Part shown: in pieces, positions 13,227 to 25,380 of the stretch
Layout: every line of letters starts with the position of its first letter
Numbering within the stretch: the stretch's first letter is position 1
Source of the DNA: Eledone cirrhosa
Lineage: Eukaryota
Length of the DNA: 64,000 bases
Assembly: GCA_964016885.1 (NCBI GenBank)
Contig: OZ024743.1
Location: forward strand, 219,294,001-219,358,000
Direction: 5' to 3'
Program-made: the position numbers and the translations under genes
Notes under the pieces: generated by a model
What the model was told of the DNA's origin: nothing
The model's database searches: none
What the model saw: only the letters and a program-made list of their open reading frames with translations

Positions 13227-16200
13227 ATCATCATCATCATCAACGTTTAACGTCCGTGTTCCACGCTTGCATGGGTTTGGACGGGGGTAGTCCCACTTGA
13301 GGCAAGAGTGATTGTCTTGCTCGCATAGGACTGTCTGGCAGGTTTTCTACAGTTGGATGCCCTTCCTAACACCAACCACATTTACAGTGTGGGTCTGGGA
13401 GGTTTTTACCGTGTTGCCTTCACGGCCACATTACAGCGTGGACTGTGTGTTTTTTTGTCGTGACACCTACACGATCTCATTTGTTTCGGCCTGGATGGCG
13501 CGGCACCAACATAACTTTACATAGAACGGGGTGGTGGCGGGACGGGGTGTATTTTGTTAGAGATGCCTACTAGCAAGGCGGGTCTTCTCTGTTACTGAGT
13601 ACCGCCAAAGGTCACGGTCCAGTGACATTGTCTTGGAGAGGTGTAAGTGTGTGAGGTCGGAGTTTATCAGCTCATCCCATGTTTTTCTAGGTCTGCCTAT
13701 TCCGTGGCTACCGTCTATCTTTATTGCCCTGCACTTTGTAATACAGCTATCGACTTTCATGCGCATCACGTGTCCATACCAACGCAGCCTTCTCTCGAGT
13801 AAACAACATCTGATCCCTCTTATCTCTAATTTTTTCCTTAGTTCGTTTATGCTTTGCCGTTCACGTATATTACTGTTACACATCCAGCGGAGCATGCAAG
13901 CTTCGTTCCTCTCTAGTCTGCGTATATCCTCTGCACACAATGCCCAGGTCTCACTACCATGCAACATTGCTGTTCGTATGCAGGCATCGTACAACCTGCC
14001 TTTCATTTTTAGGGAGAACCCTTTAGCAGCTAATAGTGGTATAAGCTCTCTGAACTTTTTCCAACCAGTTCTGACTCTAGCTACAGTACTTTCAGAGCAC
14101 CCTCCCCCACTGCTGATTTTATCGCCCAGGTAACGGAAGCTGTCCACTATTTCTATAGAACCCTCTGCGCAATTGAAAGAGCTAGTATTTTGTGGGCACT
14201 TGCTGCTACTTATTGCACCAGAACACCGGCCACATGTAAAGTCTATGTTCTTAGTTAGCTTACCTGTGATCCCACTACATCTTTTATGCACCCATATTTT
14301 GCATTTAGGACATAAGATGGAGTTTCTACCTACGCCTTTCCTACATACCGAGCACGACCATTTCCCAGAAGGGACCACCGCCTTGTTTTCTTTCCTACAA
14401 ACTAGAACTTTGGTCTTAGCCAGGTTAATTTTAAGTCCTTTTGACTCTAGGCCGTGCTTCCATGTTTGGAATTTCTTCTCTAGCTCGGCCATTGATTCCG
14501 CTATGAGTGTCAGGTCGTCTGCGTATAGGAGTTCCCATGGGCAGCCTGTCTTGAACTCCTCTGTTATAGCCTGAAGGGCAATAATAAATAGTAGGGGGCT
14601 GAGAACAGAGCCCTGATGGACGCCAACTTTTACGCTAAACTCTTCACTATATTCGTTGTTAATTCTAACCTTGCTGACTGTTTCTTTATACATGGCTTGT
14701 ATAGCCCTCACAAGCCATTCGTCAACGCCTAGTTTTCTAAGAGCCCACCAGATAATGGAGCGGGGGACTCTGTCGAAGGCTTTCTCCAGGTCGACAAAAG
14801 CTAAGTAGAGGGGTTTACCTTTAGCTAGGTACTTCTCCTGTAGTTGTTGTACTATGAAAAGAGCGTCTGTGGTGCTTTTGCCTGACACAAACCCGAACTG
14901 CATTTCATCTAGATCAATTCTCTCTCTGATTAGTTGCGCTATTACTTTTTCCGTGACCTTCATGACCTGGTCGATTAATTTAATGCCTCTATAGTTACTC
15001 CTATCTAGGGCGTCTCCTTTACCCTTATAACAGTTAACGATGATGCTGCTATGCCAGTCCTTCGGAACAACCCCATTCTGTACGACTTGGTTAACTATGC
15101 GGGTGACCATGGTGTGTCCCACCGTGCCAGATGCCTTCAGCATCTCAGCAACTATTTCCGAAGGCCCAGCCGCCTTACCAGTCTTCATATCCTTGATTGC
15201 CTTACTTATTATACTCCCCTCGACTAACACTGCTGGTCCCTCTATCGGGTCGATATGGGGGAGACTGTCTTTCTCCCATTTATTCTCCTCATTTAGTAGC
15301 CTTTCATAGTGACACTTCCAAGCTACCTTCTTATCAGTGTCGGTGATGGCAAGTATGCCATCATCGTTAAGTACACACTTCTCCCCGACAATATCACGGT
15401 TTTCCTTGACGCATTGCCTGGCAATCCTGAACACCTCACGTTTTTGGTCATCGCGTTGTAGAACATGCTTGAACTTTCTTTCCTCAGCTTCCCTTCTTGC
15501 TAAGTACACTTCTCTCCTAGCTTCCCTCCTGGCCACTTGATAGTCTACTCTACTTCGCCCATCCCGCCATACTTTCCAAGCCTGCTTTTTGGCCTTAATT
15601 GACCCCTCCACCCTACTGTTCCACCACCATGTTACTCTCCTCCTGCCTACAGGCCTGCTCCAGCCACAGACTTCGTCTGTCGCCAACAGCAGGTTTGCTT
15701 TCAGAAATTTCCACTGTCCCTCTATATTGTCCGATTCTAGATGCTCTTCCTTACTGTCGAAAGCATCAAGTAATATGCTTTGAAATTTATTTCTGGCTGT
15801 GGGGTCCTTTAGTTTCCATATTTTCCTCCTGAGGATAGTCCTCTTCTGCTGTCGGGTACGTCTCGTCCTGACTATGAGGTCGCTAATTATCAGTCTATGT
15901 TGGGAGGTGCATTCTTCATGGGGGAGGGATTTAGTGTTTACAACAGACACTCTGTCACGTCTTCTGGTAAGGATATAATCTACCTGGCTTGTGTGTTCCC
16001 CGGATCTATAGGTGATCAGGTGATTGTCACGTTTTTTGAAGTTAGTGTTACAGATAGTTAGGTTATTTGCATCACAGTATTCCAGGATTCTGGAGCCTTC
16101 CTCATTTCTAGTACCAAACCCATAGCCTCCATGGATTTCGTCGTAGCCGTCACAATGTTGTCCAACGTGACCATTTAGGTCGCCTGCAATAATTATATAG

Positions 16201-16690
16201 TCACTGTCAGATATTTGGGAGGTAGTTAGCAACAGTGTCTCATAGAATCTGTCTTTTATAGTGCCGGGCAGTCCGGATTGGGGTGCGTACGCAGATATTA
16301 CTGTCACCGTAGTTCTATTGAGGACAAGTCTTATTTTAATTATTCTGTCGTTCACTCTATTTACGTCTATTATCTTATCTGCCCACTTTTCTGCTACCAT
16401 GATTCCTACTCCACCCAGCCCATCGTCGTTTCCCACCCAGAAAAGCTTATAACATCGTTTTTTACCCTCAATGAATCTAGCAGACCCACCCCTCCACCTG
16501 GTCTCTTGAATACAACAAACATCGACCTCCTTACGTTCAAGCATTTCTACAACCTCGTTAGCGCGAACCTTTAGGGTGCCTACATTTATGGTACCAACTC
16601 TGAAGTTTTGGGTTGCGTTTGGAGGGTGGGGGTGGTGGGGGGCGGGAGGAGATAGGGTTATGTTAGCCATCCGCGGACGAAACAAAGAGT
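13227..16690 (-). mobile_element. Full-length RTE-clade LINE, subfamily A
   Basis: Single long APE-RT ORF, ~330-bp 3' UTR ending GGACGTTAAACG-(GAT)n, very short 5' leader, (TA)-rich flanks on both sides. Confidence 0.95.
13557..16670 (-). CDS. Intact RTE ORF (~1037 aa from ATG 16670): AP endonuclease, reverse transcriptase, internal PHD-like finger
   Basis: APE motifs TINVGTL, CIQETRW, AYAP, GDLNGHVG, VDYIL, SQHRL. RT motifs NYRGIKL, QFGF, FVDLEKAFD, GVHQGSVLSPLLF, YADD, FRYLG, then LHGSETW and RLRWYGHV. No stops or frameshifts. A ~30-nt deletion removed the normal stop seen in sister copies. Confidence 0.95.
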   Translation of the reverse strand: MANITLSPPAPHHPHPPNATQNFRVGTINVGTLKVRANEVVEMLERKEVDVCCIQETRWRGGSARFIEGKKRCYKLFWVGNDDGLGGVGIMVAEKWADKIIDVNRVNDRIIKIRLVLNRTTVTVISAYAPQSGLPGTIKDRFYETLLLTTSQISDSDYIIIAGDLNGHVGQHCDGYDEIHGGYGFGTRNEEGSRILEYCDANNLTICNTNFKKRDNHLITYRSGEHTSQVDYILTRRRDRVSVVNTKSLPHEECTSQHRLIISDLIVRTRRTRQQKRTILRRKIWKLKDPTARNKFQSILLDAFDSKEEHLESDNIEGQWKFLKANLLLATDEVCGWSRPVGRRRVTWWWNSRVEGSIKAKKQAWKVWRDGRSRVDYQVARREARREVYLARREAEERKFKHVLQRDDQKREVFRIARQCVKENRDIVGEKCVLNDDGILAITDTDKKVAWKCHYERLLNEENKWEKDSLPHIDPIEGPAVLVEGSIISKAIKDMKTGKAAGPSEIVAEMLKASGTVGHTMVTRIVNQVVQNGVVPKDWHSSIIVNCYKGKGDALDRSNYRGIKLIDQVMKVTEKVIAQLIRERIDLDEMQFGFVSGKSTTDALFIVQQLQEKYLAKGKPLYLAFVDLEKAFDRVPRSIIWWALRKLGVDEWLVRAIQAMYKETVSKVRINNEYSEEFSVKVGVHQGSVLSPLLFIIALQAITEEFKTGCPWELLYADDLTLIAESMAELEKKFQTWKHGLESKGLKINLAKTKVLVCRKENKAVVPSGKWSCSVCRKGVGRNSILCPKCKIWVHKRCSGITGKLTKNIDFTCGRCSGAISSSKCPQNTSSFNCAEGSIEIVDSFRYLGDKISSGGGCSESTVARVRTGWKKFRELIPLLAAKGFSLKMKGRLYDACIRTAMLHGSETWALCAEDIRRLERNEACMLRWMCNSNIRERQSINELRKKLEIRGIRCCLLERRLRWYGHVMRMKVDSCITKCRAIKIDGSHGIGRPRKTWDELINSDLTHLHLSKTMSLDRDLWRYSVTEKTRLASRHL

Positions 16691-18309
16691 ATATATATAA
16701 TTGTTTCTACTTTTGGCACAAGGTCAGCAAATACCTAGTGTATTACTGGTACTTTATTTTATCGACCCCGTAAGGATGAAAGGCAAAGTTAACTTCAACG
16801 GGATTTGAACTTATATATATATAATGGAAGATGGACGGCAAAGCTGACCACTCTAGGGTTTGAACTCAGAACACTTAATGCCAATTCAATATCAATAAAA
16901 GAATAAATCAATTCGTCTCTCTCTCCACCTCTCTGACACATGAACCGCACACACATACATCAGAGGCACACACATATAGCACACACACATCTACATACAC
17001 CTACACACATACAGTATACATACCAAAACACACATCTACATACACCTACACACATCTACATACACCTACACACATACAGCACACACACACACCACATACA
17101 CACACATACAGCACACATACCAAAACACACATGTTCCAGCTATCACCACCATCACAATGATGACCAGTGAACACTTAATCAGACAGCTGGTTCCCTATTG
17201 ACCTCACTGTCCCACACATTCACACACACACACATACACTTCTACACATTCATTCTCACTCACATGCAGCATATGTACACGCACTCACATCCCATGCACT
17301 CCCCCCCACACACATTCACTCACATACATACACACAAGCACATTCCACACATTCACTTTCACTCAGATTCACACACTCTCACACACATACACACATATGC
17401 CCTCACACACTCTCACACACACATACACATATGCCCTCACACACCATACACACACACACAGGCACACGCACACATTACATTTTTTTCTCTATTGTTGTTA
17501 AAGATAACAGAGTCACACCTTCACTTATTAACTGTGTGGAATATGTGAATGATGTGTGTGTTGTGTGTATGGAGTGTGTGTGTGGTGTGGTATGGTATGT
17601 GTGTATGTGTGTGTGTGTGGGAGAGAGAGAGAGGGAGACAGGGAGGGGGAAAGTAGAATTGATTTCTTCTATATTACTCATATCCTTGGCAGTGGCTTCA
17701 TGGAATATTTAGAGCAGTCATCGGCAAACTGTGGCCTTGTGAGTCATATGCAGCCCATTTGGCTTTTTGAATGGCACACTTAATTTCAAAATTGCCTTGA
17801 ATTTTTTAGTAGTGTGGTCCGCCTTACGAGGCAGCAAATTTGCAGAGTCGTTAGAATGTCAGATAGAATGCTTTATGCTATTTGTTCCAGCTCTCTGCCC
17901 TCTGAGTTAGAATTCCGCCAAGGTCAACTTTGCCTTTCACACTTTTGAGGTCGATAAAAAAAGTACCAGTCTAGTACTGGGGTCGATTCTTCCTCTATAT
18001 CTTTTTCTCATTTCCTCTCTCTCTTTCACTTTCTTTCTCTGGAAGAAATCTGCTGTATTCTGGCCTGGAGAGGGATGGGCTCTGCGAGGCTTAAACTACC
18101 CAAGAAATATCATATGTCAATACGGTGCCCCTACGACTCTATCAGGTGTTATGGGACCATACATACATACATACCACCTTATGATGAGTCACATCCTATG
18201 TGACCAACTGTTTAAAAAAAGTTGCCCATGCCTTATTTAGAAAGATCGACACCATGAAAGGTTTTCCACAGAGCTGACATTCTGGACAGAAAGGATTGGA
18301 TATTGTGGT

Positions 18310-20220
18310 TAGTGTCGCACATCTCGGGCTATTCGAGGCCAATCGGAATGCACACAGGCGCGAATTTGCAGAGCAGACGGAGAGGGAAGCAGCCTGTGGT
18401 GACTCGTGCAAGCTCTACGAACTGGTGAAGCGGGCCAGCCGAAGCAGTACGGGTATCAGCGAGACGATCCGTGATCGGAACGGGGCGGTCATTACCAATC
18501 TTAATGACCGGCTAGTCCGATGGCGGGACCATTTCTCTGAGCTGCTCAACTACCCGCCACCATCCACGCCAACCTACGTGCAGCCTTCCGGAGAAGAATA
18601 CGGGTGCAACACTGCCCCTCCAACGGTAGAGGAGGTACGTAGTGTCCTGACACATCTCCGGAACAACAAGGCGCCGGGCGAAGATGGCGTTCCAGCTGAG
18701 GTCTACAAGGCCGAGCCTGATGTCTTCGCAGCTTGGCTCCATCGAGTCTTCTCCTCGGTGTGGGTGACAGAGTGGTTCCCCGGTGACTGGAGCAAGGCAG
18801 CACTCCTACCCTTCTTCAAAAAAGGCGATAGGAAACTGTGCTCCAACTACAGGGGTATCAGTTTAATTGATGTTGCTGCCAAAACCTTCGCAATTCTTCT
18901 GCTGAAGAGGTTCCAGGCCATCCGTGATGTCCGTACCCGTCCTTCTCAGGGCGGCTTCCATCCGGGGAGGGGGTGCATTGATCAAATCTTCAATCTCCGG
19001 CGTGTCCTGGAACAACGGTGGGCATATCAACAGCCTACTGTCCTCTGCTTCATCGACTTTGCAGCTGCCTTCGACTCGGTAGATCGGGAAGCCCCATGGT
19101 GTATAATGCAGGTGGACGGCATCCCAGTGAAGCTGCTTTGTCTCATACAAGGCTACCACCAGTCGACTTGGGCTCGAGTGAGGGTCTATGGGGGGGAGAC
19201 GGTGTCGTTCGATGTTGGGACCGGTGTTCGGCAGAGGTGTGCACTATCGCCAACTCTCTTTAACTACGCCATTGACTACACTCTCAACACAGCACTCCGG
19301 GATTACCCGGGCGAGAGGTTGGAAAGGGGTCGCGGTGACGGACCTGGCCTACGCGATGACATTGTGCTGATGGGCGCTAACGAGACAGATGTACAAGGTG
19401 CTCTTGAAAGGGTGCACACTGCAGCCGCCGCTGTTGGTCTACGAATCAATGCCGCCAAGTCGAAGGTCATGATGTCACTGGTCTCGCCTGATGCCTGGCA
19501 GCCAATATTTCTCGAGGGCGTGGGCCTGGGGGGTGTGGAGTCCTTCTTTTACCTGGGCTCATCAGTGGTTCCAATGGGACAGGGCGCAGCCGAGGTCAAG
19601 CGTCGCATAGGTGCTGCCAGATCCGCTTTTGGGCGCCTCCAGCGGTGTCTGTGGGACAGAAAAGAAATCACCTCGGTGACCATAGGGGGAATCTACCAGG
19701 CCGTTGTTCGCACTATCCTCCTCTATGGCTGTGAAACATGGCCTATGAGGGGAGTCGATCAACGGGGGCTGGAGGTCTTCGAGAATGACTGTCTCCGCCG
19801 CATTCTTCGCTGCCGACGCATTGATCGGGTACCTACCACCAGTCATCGTTTTCGCCTGAATCTTAACCCCTTCCTTCAGTGCTTCTGCAACGGCGCTTGA
19901 GATGGTTTGGTCACACAGCCCGGCGCCCTGAGGGTGAGCTGATCTGCGATGTTCTCCTCCCACCTCCACTCCCTAACTGGCGCAAGCGCATTGGCTGGCA
20001 GCTGAAGACCTGGGCAACAACGATCAAGGAGGACCTCTCCGAACTCTCAGGTCAGCAGGTGGTCGGCCTGAGCCGATGGAACCGTGACTGGCTCGCTATC
20101 TCCAGTGACCTAGCCCAGGACCATCGTGCGTGGGCTGCCATGGTTCGGGATGCCGTCAGGACAAGAGAAGAAGCTGGCTCAACCCGTCCAGGGTGAATGT
20201 CGACACAAGTATAAGTAATA
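18310..20220 (+). mobile_element. GC-rich 5'-truncated RTE-clade LINE of a different family (no PHD insert)
   Basis: ORFs 18296-19900 and 19879-20196 contain NKAPGEDG, NYRGISL, FIDFAAAFDSV, GVRQ, YADD (frameshifted), LLYGCETW and RRLRWFGH. Ends ...AGSTRPG* followed by a caagta-type tail. Confidence 0.92.
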
Positions 20221-20679
20221 GTTAGTGTGGGTGAGGGTTGGGTTGGGGGTGGGGCGTTTGAACAAATTATGAGAAATGAGAGGAATAAAGATGAGTGAGT
20301 TGAATATTTTGTATTTATATGTATTATATGGACGTTAAACGATGATGATGTACTCTTGGGTCCCAAATAATAGGTGAGGGGTTGGAATAAGTGGTTGTTC
20401 ATTTGCTTAAATTCTTATAAGCAGGTATGGGGGAGGATTGGTAATTGTATAGTGTATGTTTGTAAATATGGGATTTCTCGTAATGTTCTTCTTTTGTCAT
20501 ATATAATGTTTTTTAATGTAAAATAAAATAATTATTAGATTCTCCAGCTGCTGTATCAATATGAATCATTTACAATAAAATTTCGTCGCCGATAGATTAG
20601 CAAAATTTAATAAGAGTTAGGTTTGGATATAATCTGAAAAATTGGTAAGCGCGGTGGGGACCATTATTCAAGACCTGAG

Positions 20680-20822
<143 letters not shown>

Positions 20823-22976
20823 ATGGAACAGCTATCTCTTATCATGTAGATTGTTAATCTAGGTATTTTGGAAGTATTTTATGAAATAGTATTTTCACCA
20901 TCATATGTTAACCCCCGAAAGCTGTAGTCAGTTTGAGAGGGTATGAGTCGACAGAATTGTGGAGAGGCACCCAGTGGCCAAATGGTGGTGTTAAGTTGTC
21001 CACTATCCCCATGTCTCCTCTATGTATTAATTGCTTCAAAACAGAATTTCCTAAAAGAAATCTAGACTTCTTCTTCTTGATGTGTTGTGTCCTTGAGCAA
21101 GACACTTTATTTCACATTGCTCCAGATCACTCAGCTGTAGAAATGAGTTTCGTCATTACTGGTACCAAGTTGTATTGGCCTTTGATTTGCCATTGGATAA
21201 CATCAGTGGCATGGAGAGGGGCACTTATATGCATGGGTGACTGCTGGTCTTCCACAAACATACTTGCCTGGACTTGTGCCTCAGAGGGGAACTTTCTCAA
21301 TGCAAATCCTGTGGTCATTCCTGACTGAAGGAGGTCTTTACTCTATTTAATTGCTATTAAAATTAAGAAGATTTTCTGTAGGTTTTTAACCAGTATTCAG
21401 TTGTTTGATCAATTGGTTGTCCTACTCATTAAAGTAACATATAAATGATAGTTATATATGAGGATTTTTTGAGACATTGTTTTTCAGATGACACACAGGG
21501 ATAGGGAACAACGAGGAAGCTTGTCATGAAGCCTGCAAAGCTAATCCGTGCCTTAGATGGCCTTAAACCGGCTGTATCTGGCCAGAATTCTCCCACCTCT
21601 TTCTTTTCAAACCAGCTGTAACTGACCACTCATACTAATGTTAAGGTATTGTTCTCATAATAAATAACATCAAAATCTCATAGATTCGCTATTATATGAG
21701 ATAGTTATGTGAAATAAAGTGTTTATCATGAAAATACAATAGTGAATATAGAGTAACGTAAATACTAAAGGGTTACTTATAAAATGCTTGTTGTAAGTAG
21801 CTAAATATTTTCTGGATATGTACACCCTTCACAACATTTTCAGCAGAATAAAAATGACAAAATATGTGACAAGGCTGGATTATTAATTTAATAGTACAGT
21901 GGAATTGATGGGATTCCACAATTTTCATCAACCAAATTTCACTCAAAGGCTTAGGTTGACCTGAGACTATGGTAAAAGACTCATACTCAAGATAATGAAC
22001 TTTACAAGCGAAACTCCTAGTGTGATACATGGAAAGAATGATGTTTGATAAAACAATCCATGTGATCTTTGAATTGTCCAACTTAGTTTTAAATTGTTGT
22101 TCACTTTATTTACAAGGGTCAGCTGAAAAGTTCATAGGCTGACTATGAAGGAGTGATCTATTACTGTGAAATCTTGTATTCATTAATTTTAACTCTTTTT
22201 ATGAATAACTGCATTGTTTTTTTCAAGTGACTATGTATGAAGGTGTGATGCTAATGCTAAGAAATCTTGCATTCATTAATTATAACTCATCTTATTCATA
22301 ATTGCATTGCTTTTTTCTAGGGACTATGTTGAAAAATAAACCCTATTTGGTCAGCACTAGAGAAGTTGTCAGACTTCTTGCCATGACTGAAGAGTTTTCT
22401 CTCTCACTCTCTGGAATGAAATGGAGTCAGCTTTCATTGGTTATGATGATGAGTGATCAACAGAACAACCTGCTTGTAAGATTAATGTACAGGTGACTGA
22501 GTATTCCACAGACACGTGTACTCTTAACATAATCCTCAAAGAAATTCAGTGTGACACAGTGTATGACAATAATTACAGATACAGTCTATCCAGTGGGCTT
22601 CCAAATAGATTCTGAGTGACTTAGATGCACTTTATTATGGTAGCAGCACTGGGCAGGTTGTAGTCATTGACTAAATTGAAGAGCGTCTCTCTAGCCCAGT
22701 GGGTCCCAAAGTGGGTTCTGTGGACCCCAAGGGTTTCACAAAGGAGTGTTAGGGGTTCCATGAAAAAAGTAGACAAGTATATTTATATTGCAACCATATA
22801 TTCTCCCAAAAGTTTCTGAACCAAAAAGGGTTCCACATTTGAAAAAGTTTGGGAAACCCTGTTCTTGCCTATGGTGGTGGGTACCCTTTGTTCCAGCACA
22901 GCTGTGTTTAGGGAGTAAGAGCAGGAGTAATGAAGGGTATCTAGTATGAAGTCAACTTTCCCTGGTTATGCTAGAT

Positions 22977-23253
22977 CAGTCATGGGCAACCTGCTTTCTG
23001 AATGGCTCGCCTAAGTCACCTAAGTGAAATCTTTTTGATCTTTTTACCCCAACTTTTCAGTCGTAATTTATCTTTCTATCATTTTTACGATCAAGGAAAA
23101 CAACCTGTATGGATTCTGAAGAAAAAAATCAAAACAACATGAGTTACAGCCCTTTTTTTTTTACTGTAGGCATGAATGTAAATTAGTGCTTGTCGCCTGC
23201 TTGATGATGACCCATATATCCGCCCGCTTCTCAAAAAAGATTGCCCATGCCTG
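22977..23253. mobile_element. hAT-type MITE with perfect 8-bp TSD
   Basis: TIRs cagtcatgggcaa / ttgcccatgcctg; TSD tgctagat on both sides. Confidence 0.88.
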
Positions 23254-24212
23254 TGCTAGATTATGTTGGCAGATGTCAGTTGTAATACATATCCAATCGT
23301 TGGAATCCATGAGTGGTAAAAGAAACAAACAAATGCATGACTAACATCACCGACATACAAACATACACAGATGGTATACTGTTTATATAGTGAGTGTGAA
23401 TCATCTGAGTGTTTGTATGTGGGAGTGAGTGAGTGTGTGCACGTGTGTGTGTGTGTGTGTGTGCATGTGTGTGAGTGAGTGTGTGTACATGTGTGTACGC
23501 ATGTTTGTGTGTGTGTGTGTGCACGTGTGCGTACGCATGTGTGTGTGTGTGTGGAAAAGAACAAGAGAATGAAGATAGAAATGAATCTAAACAACAACAT
23601 CAACAACAACAAAAACGGAAGGTAGGATTGGTGGTCAGAATAGTAAATTCAAAGTTATATGTAGTTGCCTGCCAGACCTTCATCCCATAAACCCAGCAAG
23701 CAGAGGAATAACTAGGGTATAGCAAGGATGGATGTGCCATGGGCGACACTTGAACTAGGAGCACTTTCTATTCATGTCAGATAAGCTATCGTTGGAGAGT
23801 GTGATGTATGATCTGTCTTTGATTATCATAGGTGAGATGCACTATGGTGGTTGAATCACTAAACTATTTATATGAATTATTTGATACATAGTTAAAAATA
23901 CGGTGCCATAGGGGCTATTTTTCCTACTTACACCTCTGCCTGTACAACAGGTATGTCAAACGTGCGGGCCTTTACAAGCACACCTGCGGCCCGCACAAAG
24001 GTTTATACAATACAAACATGTTTTATTTTCATAAAATTAGTTGTAATGTGCGCAAATAGTTGTTGTGTGTAGCCCTCAGCCAACACATATGTGACCCATG
24101 TGGTCCTCGGAGGACCCTCAGTTTGACATGCTTGCTGTAAAGTACAGGTGCCAATGGTCACAGCTAAAGAATTACAACATATCTTATGTGCAAGCATTAT
24201 CATCATCATCTT

Positions 24213-24402
24213 CGGCGGTGGATTGGCAGTATCGGTAGAGAGTCGGACGCCATGCTTTCCAGGGTAGTTACGTCCCTTTACGATCTGAGTTCAAATCCCG
24301 CCGAGGTTGACTTTGCCTTTCATCCTTACGGGGTCGATAAAATAAAGTACCAGTAATGCACTGGATAATTGCTGGCCTTGTGCCTAAAGTAGAAACTATT
24401 AT
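24213..24402 (+). mobile_element. tRNA-derived SINE, family 1 (about ten further copies, e.g. 17830-17990, 24700-24875, 31890-32050, 32730-32900, 36345-36500, 43480-43680, 43715-43920, 52730-52890)
   Basis: A-box TGGCAGTATCGG, B-box GAGTTCAAATCC, and a conserved core gactttgcctttcatcc...ggggtcgataaaataaagtaccag. Confidence 0.85.
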
Positions 24403-25024
24403 CATCTTCATCATCATCATCATTGTTTTTATGTTTGCTTTTCCATAGTTGGATGAGTTGGACAAAACTTTTTGAGGCAGTTTTTCTTTTCTATGGTTGG
24501 ATACCTATCCTAAAACTAACCCATACCTTAATATTTTTAACCATGGTATATATCATTGATGTATAAATATATATCTATATCAATGTAAGTATGCACACGT
24601 ACACACATATATATATACACATACATATATATACATACACATACATATATACATATACATGTGTACGTACGGGTTATATTAAACACTAATAATTATTTCT
24701 ATTTTTGGCACAAGGCCAGCAATTATCTCTGTGTATTACCGGTACTTTATTTTATCGACCCCATAAGGATGAAAGGCAAAGTTAACCTCGGCGGGATTTG
24801 AACTCAGGTCGAATAAAGGGCTATAACTCTTTGCTGCAAAGCATGGCGTCCGACCCTCTACCGATACTGCCAATAATAATGTTTGATTTGTCTGTAAACA
24901 AACAACCCGATTTGAAACTGTGCCATGCCTGTGACCGATCATCACCTGTTTGTTCAACACTGGTTCCAGTATTGAACAAACACATGACAATCGGTCACTG
25001 GCACATTCTAATTTTATTCTTTAT

Positions 25025-25380
25025 ATCATTATCATCATCATAATCATCGATTAAAGTCTATCTTCCATGCTAGCATGGGTTAGATGGGTCTAATTTAGAG
25101 GCAAGTTGTGTCGGGTCACTGTGTCTCGCTCATACAGGGGTGTTTCTGGCTGGTTTTCTACGGCTAGATGCCCTTCCTAATGCCAACCACATTGACAGTG
25201 TGTGCTGGGTGCTTTTTGCCATGACTTTTACACATCCACTTTACAGTGTAGGCTGTGGGGTGATGCATACTGTACATATGCTTTAGCTTGTGCTCGTGGG
25301 AAGTTGGGTCTTCTGTATTACTGTGTATCGCCAGAGATCCCGGTCATGAGTCATCTCCTTTGAGAGGTGCAATTGGGCAA
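25025..25380 (-). mobile_element. Older RTE subfamily B-like 3' fragment
   Basis: CAT-repeat tail, gatgcccttcctaatgccaac motif and terminal codons similar to 10672-11070. Confidence 0.75.

Noticed and set aside
13633-16574. Plus-strand ORFs overlapping the RTE ORF (also at 2662, 7253, 11105, 55777)
   Set aside because: Antisense shadows of the LINE coding strand with no recognisable motifs.
24213-24310. tRNA gene
   Set aside because: A and B boxes are present but there is no cloverleaf; it is the head of a multi-copy SINE.
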